Assembly: GCA_010093745.1 (NCBI GenBank)
Contig: MU005958.1
Span: 1-64,000, forward strand
Length of the DNA: 64,000 nt
Reading direction: 5' to 3'
Source: Piedraia hortae CBS 480.64
Lineage: Eukaryota
This document shows positions 21,419 through 32,215 of the stretch, piece by piece. Position 1 is the stretch's first letter. Each line of letters begins with the position of its first letter. Under the pieces are notes generated by a model. That model was given only the letters and a program-made list of their open reading frames with translations, ran no database searches and had not been told where the DNA came from. The position numbers and the translations under genes were made by a program.

Positions 21419-21766
21419 AAAGCCTCGAAGAAACCGTTGAGGATATGAAGAGGCACGCCAGGATATAAATTGTTAGCATATACAGGGCGCGAGTACTTTG
21501 ACACAACCGAAAGTGACAATATCAACATGCAATTCAAGTAAAAGTACAGGGAGGACACTATGCCATGTCATGGAGACTATCATAATTCCTACCCCTTCGG
21601 CACACTCAGCGCCTCGACTCCATATTTTGTGCCCCATTTCCATTATTTGCGGTGGTGTGAGAATAGCCAGCGCTAAGCAAGCATCGGTTATCAAGCAGTA
21701 AAAGAACTCATAGTTGCCGAAGGGGTATAGTACGCCCAACGCCGAGTCCGCAAGAATGAGTGTTGT

Positions 21767-22850
21767 TTAGTAACCGTTGACGCCGTGCTGGCTGTGGCGG
21801 CTCATCTCACGATCAGTGGCAGGAGACATCGGACGGTTTCCTCCACTGTTGTTCTCGCGGAGCGAATGAAGTTGCTTAGAACGGTACGACTCGTAGTGGA
21901 TGTGAGAGGTCGTTTCGATCAGGTCGTGCAGGTGGGTGCGGATGAGAAAGTCGCGCAGGTAGACAAACTCGCAGTGGTTCTCGTCTTCCACGTTTACAAT
22001 ACCGAAGCGGTGCTTGCGGCCGCGGACAAGCTGGCCATCGACTTCCATAGTCTTCTCAGAGCCGACCACAGCAAATGGGAGGATAGCCTGACGCGTTAGC
22101 TTGGACACTTTGTAAGAAAGTGCCTACCTTGATCTGAGCGTGCATGGCCACTTCCTCACTATTGTATTCATCGCTCTCGTAGGGGTAGAGACGAATGTTG
22201 TGAAAGGCAAACTCCTCGCGGATGCGGTCCTTGAAGAGCTGGCGCTCTTCGATGGTCAAACCATCCGATTTAGCAATAACGGGGACTACATTGACCGTCT
22301 CGCAGAGCTTCTTGAGAACGACAATGTCAATGGGCTTGAGGCTATGGCCAGTAGGGCTGATGAAGTAGAGGCAGCAATGGATGCGGGTGTCGGGGATGTG
22401 ACGATCACGATGGGCCGAGAGCTCCTTGCGGAGGTAGGTGCTGTGCTGGTCCTTGATATACCTAGTAATGGGCTCCCAGCAGCGGTCATTGTTGACGTGG
22501 TCTCCGAAGCCTGGAGTGTCAACAATGTTCAGACGGAGGGTGACTCCGTTTTCTTCAATCACGTGGCTAGTGAGGCTGATATCCGTGGTCTGGCGGATGG
22601 CCTCCTGTGCTTCCAAGCGTCCATGGGACTTGGCAAGCTGCGAGGCAAAGAGCGTGTTGATCAGCGTGGACTTGCCGAGTCCCGTTGGCCCTGTACCTGG
22701 TAAGCACAAGGCAGCTAACGCGAGGCAGCACTTCCACTCACCCACACACATGACATTAAGCTGGAATCCGCGCTTAACGAGCTTATGCTGGATCTGCGTG
22801 GTGATGCTGTCAAAGCCAACGTATGCTCGGGGCTGTACAACTTCAACCAT
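21767..22850 (-). CDS. CDC10: Septin Cdc10/AspD (two introns: 22691-22741 and about 22089-22127)
   Basis: YVGFDSITTQI..KLVKRGFQLN, GLGKST, DTPGFGD, AKSD, ILPFAVVGS; no C-terminal coiled coil. Confidence 0.92.
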
Positions 22851-22995
22851 TGTGATGTAGAGGGTGTTTGCAAAGCTGGTGGGATGGGAGGTGGAGAGAT
22901 GCGCGTTTTAGGGTAAACGGGGAAATTTAAAGTGGGGCTAACTACGCGCTAAGGTTGTATGTCACCGACGTCGATGTCGATTTCGAGTCCAGGCC

Positions 22996-23488
22996 ATGGC
23001 CGCCATTGCTCTTAGAAGAATCCCGCTTCTACACCAAGTGGGAATCTCTCTACTTCCCCCTGCCCTTGTTCCCATTCCCAGTTTCCTTGGTCAACTCTGG
23101 AATGGCCTTCTCAACGCCGTGCCCAAGAAGAAGACGAGCCATATGAAAAAGAGACATAGGCAAATGGCTGGCAAGGCGCTCAAGGACGCTACTGCACTGA
23201 ATAGATGCTCAGCCTGCGGTCGACAAAAGCGTGCACATGTGCTGTGTCCCTACTGCGTCGCCAGTGAGTCACCCGCTAGGTCACACGTTTCCAACTAACC
23301 AGGTAGGCGTGCGGAAGTGGATCTCAACCGGCTTCGCCACACAGGAACAGCTCGATCAGGTAAAGGTGAATGAGCGGGAGCAAATCAATCGCGAATTGAA
23401 GCAAAGGGGACAAAAGCCCATTGACTGGGAGGAGCGCGAAAGAGAGGACGAGAGGGTAAAGGGAGAGAAGTACTGGAGAGGAAGTTAA
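22996..23488 (+). CDS. MRPL32: Mitochondrial ribosomal protein bL32m (intron 23264-23306)
   Basis: AVPKKKTSHMKKRHR and the CSACG..KRAHVLCPYC zinc motif. Confidence 0.92.
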
Positions 23489-23518
23489 TGGGGGTGTCGT
23501 GTAACATACAGTGTATTT

Positions 23519-24558
23519 CTATGCTCCACTGGCCTCTCGGTAAAAGGTCAACACACCCCTCTTTCCAGCCGTGACAAAGGCTTCGTTTCGCGTGGCTAAC
23601 TCGAGAGGCAGCCATCTAACCGCCCAGAGGGGGGAACCGCCTTCTTCGGTCATGGTAGCAACACACTGCCTCCGTTCCAGAGACCAAACCTTGGCCTGAC
23701 CATCATATGAGCCCGAGAGTAGGTATTCGCCGGGATGGTTCCAGTCGAGACTCATGACCCAGCCGCCATGACCGGTGAAGTTGGCCACATGCTCCCCGGC
23801 CTCAGTATCGTAGAGGGCAATAACTCGCGCATCGCCAGCGGCAGCGAGATATTTGCCGGCTGGGGAGAAACGTACACAGCGGACGGGACTGACCAGGCCT
23901 GTCAGAACATGAGCCATAGAATTGGTTGTGTTGGAAAATAGAAAAATGCTGCCGTTGTGGTAGCCTGTGGCCGTCATGCTCCCATCCTGGGAGACGTCGA
24001 TGCAGAGCGCAAACGACTCTTTGGCCTCAAACTCGTGATTCACCGCCTTCGTTGTTGTATCATAGGCGATTACACGGCCAATAGCCGTTGTGGTCTTGAT
24101 AACTTCTCCCTTGGCGTCGAGCGCAATAGCCCATGCCCGGCCCTTGGTGTCAATTGTGCTACGCAGCGTCCACGTGTTCTCTTTGGCTTCTTCGTTGCTC
24201 TCCCACACTTTGATGATCCCATCGAATCCTACGCTGGCAAAAGTTCTGCCGTCTGAGCTGCTGCAGACGTGGTGACACCCTAGCTTGTGAGCACTTTGCA
24301 GTGTTTGATCGTGCGGGAATGGGTTTTCCTCTTCAGCACTGTCTGCATGTGGACTGCCGCCGCTAAGCGAGTGGACCTGCAAATCTGGTGCTCCAGAAGC
24401 AGAAATCAGGTGAGAGCGTATCTTTGAAAGAGTGCAAATGGTGAGAGAAAAGATGGAACCAGACTGGGCATGACACTCTGATATCGAGTACGTTTGGAGG
24501 TATTGCTTCGACTTTGACTGTTAGTTTGCATGGAAGAAGGAATTAAACTACACACCAT
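23519..24558 (-). CDS. SKI8: WD40 protein Ski8/Rec14 (ATG micro-exon, intron 24512-24555)
   Basis: Spliced N-terminus MSKQYL; AHKLGCHH, LAAAGDARVIALYD, GEYLLSGSYDG.AKVW, FYREASG C-terminus. Confidence 0.88.
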
Positions 24559-24669
24559 CTTGGTGGGTTGTAGCTGAAGAAGGAAGGAGCACTATCAGAG
24601 TTTTGACGCACAAACGAATCAAAACCAGTTTCGGGTGTGGTAGCTAAAGGCGCACGTGATTACAAACAT

Positions 24670-25902
24670 CTACTTACTCAACAGCTCTTCGGCCTCTTTG
24701 TCCTTGGCACCGTCTTTCTCTCGCTCCTGCAGAATCTTCCCTCCGCTAACGCCAGCGGAACTGCTCTTGCGAGCCTGCTGCTTCAACCGTTCCGAGTCTT
24801 CTTTGCGTATATCCTCAGTTTTGTCCTTTACATCGTCCTCATCATCGCCCAGACTGAATGGGTCATTGTCGTCTTCTGGATGGGGTGCCACTGCTGTCAG
24901 CGGCTGCCACTTGCGCGACTTGTCGTTGGGATCTGCCGCTTCGACTTCGTCAACGGGTCCCTTTTGCGGAGGCCGCACAGCCGATGAGCCTTCTTCTGTT
25001 GCAGCAGTGCGGCTGCTGGTACGTGGGGGCTTGGGCGGCGGTGATGGGGCCTCGTCGTCATGCAACTCCAGCCGGTCAAACGTGGTTGGATCCAACTCAT
25101 GCGGATCTGCATCGTAGCGTTGGGCCTCTGTGCTTCGCCTCCCAGAAGCAGACTTCTGGACGCCATGCAGTTGCTGTCGTTGGCTGGGTCCAAAGTTTTG
25201 GCGTTGAGAACTGGGACCGGCTGATCGCTTGGGTGAGCTATACAAATCCTCTTCATCATCTTCCGACTCGCCGTCCAGCTTCTTGCTAATCGTTGTAATC
25301 CAGCTGTTGACTTTTTTCTGTGCTTCGCCGAATCCCTGTCGCAGTGTCCGCCCAATCTCTGGCAAGTCGTCGTCAAAGAAGTTGCGCTCGTGTTCATCGC
25401 TGTCTGAAGAATGCTGCTGATTGGGTCGACGACGAGCGGGCTCACGCTGGTTATACGTGTGTCCACCGCGCGGAAGGCTGTTGTACTGCTCTGCCAGCTG
25501 ACGCGCAATCCGCTCATCTGCCTCTACCTGACTCCTCGACTGCTGAGGCGGGTTGCGGGAGGGTAGCGCCGTCTGCTCTTCCTGGAAGTCCGGATCGCTC
25601 ATACCAAGCAGCGCATTGAACGCTGGCTCCACCTGTCCGCCGCTCGCCTGCAGCACCGCCCGCACAACTTTGACTTCGATGGATGGAAAAGCCTCAATCA
25701 GTGTCTGTTCTGCCTGTTGCCTGGGTGTCAAGGGCTTCGGCTTGTCTGTCGTTGTCTTCTGCATGTCTGTCGCCGTCTGCTGCTGCTTTTGTTGCTGCTC
25801 CTGCTGTTCATGCTGCGAATCATCATTATCGTCAAAGTCCAGCTCTTCCCTAGTTGCCATGGATTCAGGAGCCGGCGGAGGCGAGAGCGGCTGTTCAGGC
25901 AT
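24670..25902 (-). CDS. CUE5: CUE-domain ubiquitin-binding protein Cue5-like
   Basis: TLIEAFPSIEVKVVRAVLQASGGQVEPAFNALLGMSDP (CUE domain), QVEADERIARQLA, NFFDDDLPEI. Confidence 0.85.
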   Translation of the reverse strand: MPEQPLSPPPAPESMATREELDFDDNDDSQHEQQEQQQKQQQTATDMQKTTTDKPKPLTPRQQAEQTLIEAFPSIEVKVVRAVLQASGGQVEPAFNALLGMSDPDFQEEQTALPSRNPPQQSRSQVEADERIARQLAEQYNSLPRGGHTYNQREPARRRPNQQHSSDSDEHERNFFDDDLPEIGRTLRQGFGEAQKKVNSWITTISKKLDGESEDDEEDLYSSPKRSAGPSSQRQNFGPSQRQQLHGVQKSASGRRSTEAQRYDADPHELDPTTFDRLELHDDEAPSPPPKPPRTSSRTAATEEGSSAVRPPQKGPVDEVEAADPNDKSRKWQPLTAVAPHPEDDNDPFSLGDDEDDVKDKTEDIRKEDSERLKQQARKSSSAGVSGGKILQEREKDGAKDKEAEELLSK

Positions 25903-26157
25903 GGCGCGGTTTGTTGACAGTGGTGGTCGGATGCAGTTGACATGTCGCTGACGTCATTGACCCGGTTTCAGGGGCTTTGTTACATCATGCGGGGTCCATC
26001 CAGGCAACATCAGGAATCTGTTTGTCACATGGAGCCAGGTTCGGTTGCTTCGTTTGTGGATTACTACAGAATGTTCATGAAACCCAGCCTTGGACTGGCC
26101 AGGACCCGTAAAAACGCCCATCGCCAGCACTGTCTAATCCAGAGAATTCATTCCACC

Positions 26158-27249
26158 TCACCTCTTTGTCGTCTTTGGACGCGGCTTGCACTCGTCACCC
26201 ATCAGAGGATGCAGCATGATCTTGTTCGGGATGTTGGCGGTGTTTCCTTGGTATCCTTTGCTCCAGTCGTAACCAATGGCGTAGGCAAAAATGTTGCCGT
26301 TGCGATCAAAGTCGGTGGAGATGATGGGATGGCCGACTTCGGGGTAACCCTTTAGACGGTGCTTCGCGTCCTTGTCCCAAAAATGGAAGGTGCCATCGGC
26401 TCCAGCCGTGCTAAAGGTGCCCAGCTGCGGGTGGAACGAGATGGCGTTCACAGCATATACGTTGGTGGTGGTCTTGTCCGTTGGTGATGTCTGACGATGA
26501 CATTTGAAAGAAAAGTTGTTGCTTTGGTCCTTGTCTTCGACATATTGGATTGCACACCGCCCTTCGATGCTGCCTACGGCATATCCATTGGTGTTGTTAT
26601 CGGGCGAGAAGATGCCTACGCTACGCGTCTGGAACTTGAGCGGTGACTGAATGGTCTTGTAAAAGGTCGTTGGGTTCTTGATGTTGAGAACGTGCATCCA
26701 TCGCTCCGCCGTGGCGACAACAAGCATCTCGTTACGTGCATCCATGGCATAGACGCGCTCGTTGCACTCAACTTGGCCTGCTGGTTTATCGGTGCGCAGG
26801 TCCCAATACTTTACCATCTTATCCCAGCCGCCGGTGACCAGCATCTGGTTGCCATTAACAAGGATACTTTCAACGCACCTGATTGCATTGTCGTGGGCTG
26901 CAACCTGTTGTGCTTGCGTCGCCCCACTGCCCAAGTCAAGCATGCGCGCCGCCTTGTCAACACCAGCGCCAAAGACCTTGCTTCCATCTTTGCTCCAGCA
27001 GCACGACAAAACAGGTCCTCCATGTTCGAAAAGGGCTTTGCCTTGGCTGTTCCCCCTGCTGTCGATCTCGTAGATGCGAACCTTCTTATCCCACGAGGCC
27101 ACCGCTAGATGGTCGGACTGAGGGCTGAAGCGAATGTCGGAGACGCTGTCTTCTGGCGGGTTGGAGATCTGGACATCATGGGACAAATCACCTTGGGTGC
27201 TATTGGAGGCGGCATTGGAGGTTGCCGCGCCGCCGAACAAAGCAGACAT
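26158..27249 (-). CDS. GLE2: mRNA export factor Gle2/Rae1 (WD40); an upstream in-frame ATG also exists at 27318
   Basis: PPEDSVSDIRFSP, AVGSIEGRCAIQY, FSFKCHR, FWDKDAKHRLKGY, YDWSKG. Confidence 0.95.
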   Translation of the reverse strand: MSALFGGAATSNAASNSTQGDLSHDVQISNPPEDSVSDIRFSPQSDHLAVASWDKKVRIYEIDSRGNSQGKALFEHGGPVLSCCWSKDGSKVFGAGVDKAARMLDLGSGATQAQQVAAHDNAIRCVESILVNGNQMLVTGGWDKMVKYWDLRTDKPAGQVECNERVYAMDARNEMLVVATAERWMHVLNIKNPTTFYKTIQSPLKFQTRSVGIFSPDNNTNGYAVGSIEGRCAIQYVEDKDQSNNFSFKCHRQTSPTDKTTTNVYAVNAISFHPQLGTFSTAGADGTFHFWDKDAKHRLKGYPEVGHPIISTDFDRNGNIFAYAIGYDWSKGYQGNTANIPNKIMLHPLMGDECKPRPKTTKR

Positions 27250-27497
27250 GCTGGAATCGTTGCTCAATTTTGGCCCTGACTTGGCAGCATTCAGTAAGCG
27301 CTGGTAAACGGTGGACATTGCGAATTTCTTCCACGTGTAGTCCGTGATAGTGTGTGCAATTTGACTGACATTGGAAATGCGACTTACCTTCGATTCACCC
27401 GTTACTCACGCGTCGCTACAGCAGCGCGTTGCTGGCTATAGCAGTGTTGGCATGCGGTCGCGTGGGGCCGGCCCGCACCGCTATGCCAAGACTTGAC

Positions 27498-27977
27498 TCA
27501 ACCAAAATTCCACGCTCGGATTTCTTTCTTCTTCTTCCTCCACTCAACTTCTCGCTCCAACAATCGCTTTTGAAGCTTGCACACTGACTGTCGCCTATGC
27601 TTCGGTCTTAGAGCTTTAGGGAAAGTCCCCGGACACCCTCCATTTGTGAGGATTCGCGGAAACGCGCCGCCACAGAAGCATTGCACCTGCGGACTCGTCG
27701 CTGCCTCCCTTCTTGCTTCTTCAGCCTTCTCGGCCTCCGCTTGCACTTTTGCTTCAAAGACCTCCTGAATGATGCTCTGCAAGACCTTGGACCATTCTCC
27801 TTCGGGTGGGTGCCCGTTTTTTACGGGAGATGAGGATAAGAGTCTGAGCCAGGCACCCTTGCTAGGCGTCTTGTCGCAGTTGGAATGAGGGGTAGAAGGA
27901 GGAGCTGGGTATGCTTGAAGCGGACCGGACCATAGGCTGGCAAATCGAGTGTTCTTTTCGTCGTTGTTGATAGACAT
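27498..27977 (-). CDS. Hypothetical protein
   Basis: ORF from the ATG at 27977 with a basic coiled-coil-like C-terminus; no known motif. Confidence 0.35.
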   Translation of the reverse strand: MSINNDEKNTRFASLWSGPLQAYPAPPSTPHSNCDKTPSKGAWLRLLSSSPVKNGHPPEGEWSKVLQSIIQEVFEAKVQAEAEKAEEARREAATSPQVQCFCGGAFPRILTNGGCPGTFPKALRPKHRRQSVCKLQKRLLEREVEWRKKKKEIRAWNFG

Positions 27978-28402
27978 GCGATTGCTGGGTTTCTGCGTGG
28001 GCCTGGTGACTCGATGGGGCTTATGCTGGATGCGAGGAGTTGTGTCACTTTTTCCAAGAGTCTGTGGCGGGCTTATGGTTGCGCCTTGTTGTGTCAAAGC
28101 AGCCAGACTCGTTAGTACTTCTGGGGGCTTGCGTTCAATGATGATGCAAAGAAATAGAGTCAAGCACTGATACCCTCCACGGCGTCATTCACTTGGCATC
28201 TCCGGAGCGGCTCTGATGCAACCTTTCTACGACGGTATCTGATGAACGCTGAACATTTTAATGTTCCACAACAATCACTGAACTGGCAGTGCTACAAAAT
28301 ACAATACAGCTGTTTTCAAAAGCTATTCGTATCCTCATCACCGTATTAAACCATATGAAACTCATCAGGGTATCGTCCAAAGTCTCGCGCATCTATCCTG
28401 TA

Positions 28403-30878
28403 TTAGTATCCAATCCTCTGCGGCAAGAACCTCGTCTTGGTGACATGGAGAAGCTCGTCAACGAAAGTATCGTCCTGTCTTGCCGTTGTGATGGCCGTTT
28501 TCAAGCCCAGGTTGAGGCCAGGGCTTTCGGCCTGGTTCCAGCCCTGCTTGGAGTCGCTCTCGACGACGGTCTCGCTGTCGACGAGGATACCTCCCCAATG
28601 GCTGTCTCCGCCGGCTGCTGGCGTGCGGCCGCGTCCCGGCTTCTCGACGAGTTCGTGCACTGACGAGCTGTCGCTTATCTGCGCAATGCTGCTGTTCCGC
28701 GAATTGGGCGTTGAGATGCGTGACTTGCCCGACTTGCGATCCAGTGCCGACCGCCACATGTTGTTGGGATTCCGTACACCGAGATCTGTGCTGGGTAAGC
28801 GCCGCGTCAGCAGCGGGCCAAACTCCTGATGGATCTCGCGCGCCAGGGTACTGTGGTCGGGCGAACCTGGGTAACAACGCTGTCGCGCGCTGAAGAATGT
28901 CAGCGGTGTGCGTGCGAGGTCCCGGTATGCCTCTGCGCTGATGTGCAGATCAGCGATTACGCAAAACGAGTAGATGCACGTAAGGGAGGTATTATTGTTG
29001 ACTCGCGACCGCTGCGGATAGTGGGCATAGACTGGCTGCGCCACGAAGCGGGCCTCCCGGAACCATTCGGGCGGAACCTGCTGTCTCAGAGCTTCTGTGG
29101 CACGAAGCAACTCGTTGCTGAACGTTCGCTCCGAGGACGAGCGGGGAGCATCAACCGCATTGCGATCCTGGAGAAAGGCCATGCAGCTGCTGGTTCTCAT
29201 GCCATCCATTCGGTGCAAGAAGTCGACCTGCCACGGTTGCGGCTCGCTCGGTGTCAGCAACACGTCAGGCAGCTGGTTACGCTCCTCGCGCTTGACAGCC
29301 ACGTCGAAACCCTTGCCGCTTGTGCGCGGGATGAGGGCGAAGAAGCTGAGCCAGGTACCAGACTTTTCTAGCGAAGAGTTCATATTGACGTATGACTTGA
29401 GCCCGGTTATGTGGGCCTCGAGGGCCGGTAGCGGGATCTGTAGAGGCTGAGATATATTGCGTCCGACTTGCTGTACATGACCGAATCGATAACCGGCGTT
29501 AATGAGGTCGCTGACATCTTCCGAGTTCAACTGGCGTGTCAAAAACAGCAGCTGTCCTTTGCCAAAGAGGTCTGACTGCTTTGCGGCCTCCAAGTCACCC
29601 TGCGTGTGTCGGTTATTCTTGTCTTCGGCCTTCAGGGTACCCGTTTCAACGATGCGATCGTATAAAACACCCATACGCTCGATCGTCATGTGCATGCCAC
29701 CCGCCAAAGACGCAGCGGCAATGCAGAAGCGTTCGCGGAAGATGACAGAGTAATCGAGTGTTGAATCCATGTGACTGTTCATGTTTCCCATGTGGTTCTT
29801 CATGCGAGGAATCAGTTCGCTGACACCGGCCCAGTTGTGGGACACGCGATATATCCATTGAAAAACAGGATGGGCAGTGTCAAAGTCTTCTGAGAATGTG
29901 CGGTGTTGATACTTGTCGGTGATTTCCTTTGCTGGGAGCACTCCATCCGTCGTCACCAAGATGCGCCCGGCTTCGTCAAACATGGCACACGCCAGCATAA
30001 CCTTTCGCGAACTCGTCTTCCGCAGACGGGCTCGGTGACGAGACACAACAAGTATAATGAGTAGGATTGCAAAAGCAGCGGCGCAGAGAGCCCCAGCAAC
30101 GGCAACCTGTGTATTACGGGTACGAATTTCATCGTCAGAGTTGAGCTTTTTCCGCTCGTATCTGCAGCCCGTCGACGCTGAAAAATGCATGGCCGAGACA
30201 CCTCCAGCCAGGAAAGCGGCGCAAAGCAAGCGTTTCCACCAGGAGCTGATCCATTTTTCTCGCAGGGTATAGAAGAGCAGCAGCACAAGCATGCAGTCGC
30301 CTATGGCAATGATGACTGACGCAACGATGAGCCGATGGGCATAGTGGAGACTGTAATTGCTGATGCCAAAATTGCCGACATAGTGCATGCCGACAATTGA
30401 CAGACCGGCAAAAATACCCGTGCAAGTGAGAGCGGCCCAGTGCAAAAAGGTAGTACGGGCAGACAACTCGGCAGCAGAGAAGGCCAGAGTTAAGCCAATT
30501 ATTGGTAAGAAGATGGAAAGAGTGGTGTATCCAGGGCTATACACCAGCTGCTTTCGGGGGTCCCCATCGCCCAGTACAATGGCTCTGTTGCCAATGAAGT
30601 GCATACACCAGATTCCAACGAGGGCCATGCATGTTGCACACGACACCGTTTCCAGCCTACAATGGAGGTCAGCATTGGGAGGCAATGATGCCCCGTCGAG
30701 ACACTAACCAGCTTCGCCAGTTGCCCAATCCCGTGCCTCGCCGATGCAACAACTCGATGGTGAGAAGACATCCACTCAAGCTGCCCAGATAGGCGGCGGC
30801 GACCAGAGACACCTCAAAGTGGCCCTGGATAATGATGTCCCCATCGTTGGTCAGCTGTGATATGTCCATGGTTGACAT
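28403..30878 (-). CDS. MHYT-domain integral membrane signalling protein (intron 30657-30708)
   Basis: Three MHYT-type repeats (GIWCMHFIG, IVGMHYVG, VSAMHFSA) in hydrophobic helices, then a long cytoplasmic region. Confidence 0.85.
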
Positions 30879-32215
30879 AATTTGGGCAGTCGGCCGTTAA
30901 GCCCCTCTCCCCCAGAACAGAATCAGGCTCCTGTCTCTCTCCGAGTTGAAGGCAATGCCAGAGGGTTGACGTTTGGCAGGTTGGCGAGAAGGCGCACTAA
31001 AATCAGGCGCAGCGCCAGACGTTGCACAACTTTGGTACGCACGTGAGTCGCTTGCTCACCTTCGCGATGTCGGGGCCGTCGGGGCGGGACTGTGCATTGC
31101 GTGGACTAATGCAAGGGGAACAGTAGCCCGAGTCCAGGATCGAGTCCCGAGTCAAGCTGAACTGGACCCTGGACTCTATTCCCTGATGGCCCTAGCAAGG
31201 AAGAAAAAAAAAAGTAGTCGGCTTTACCGATTTTCCAGACTCCAGGGCCTTGAAGCGGTTTAGCCAGTGGGAAATCCGAGGATCCCTGGGAGGATTTGCA
31301 GCTTCTAGGTACCGATTTAGCGCCTCGGTCCGTCGGCTGCCGTGTAGAGTAAATTAACATATGTCCTGCAACCGGGGGCCAGAGTTTGGTGAACGCAAGA
31401 CCAGACGGTGGGCCCGGCTTAGATGTAGTTTGGTGCCACCCCTTTTGCTCGCAGTGCTGCGAGGATTCGACATCAGTGCAGATGCGGATCAGGATCCGCT
31501 GCCTCTCTGCATTAGTGAAGTCTGAACCCCTGAAAGGCTGGTTGTTGAAAGAGCATCCAGCCCCGTCGTTGGCCAAACTGCCTTGATGATCGTCCTTGGC
31601 GGCAGCTTGCTTCCACCGAGTGGTTCGTCCGGAATGTTTCTCTCCGAAGCCAAGCGACTTTTTGGCGTTGTAGACTGGTCAAGCTTATGGTTCCTCCCCA
31701 TATATTTCCCGTTGCCTTCGAACCTTTCGTCAACGGCGCCCAGCCACTGCCTGCATACAGGGTTTGGCACCGCCATATCATCACTTGTGAGTTTCATCAG
31801 TCGTTTCAACGGCACGTCAATCGGGCATTCGAGATCTCACCAACGAATCTTGTCGGATGTGCCGAGCTGCCAAGAGCTTCTCGTGGCTACAATGCCTCTT
31901 GGCGGCGTTTCCCAAGGCGAGCTCATATTTGCGCTCATGCCCCGACTCCAGTCTTGATTTGACCATTCGCAAAGTGATCTCACCAAGTGGCGACTGATGG
32001 CTGTGAGATGAAAGAAATTCAGGTGACACAGGCATCCAAGGGGTCTTTTGGAATCTTGAAAGCAAACACGTCTTGAGGTCAAGATTAAGTTCCTACTTCC
32101 TTCAGAATGTCAAAGTCAGCAAGGAACATCAGAGTCAGCGACCCCAATAATCGTCTATCGTGTCTACATTTTTCCAGAGCAAACTTCTGCACGTTTCCGT
32201 CTGTCTTGCGTCAGG

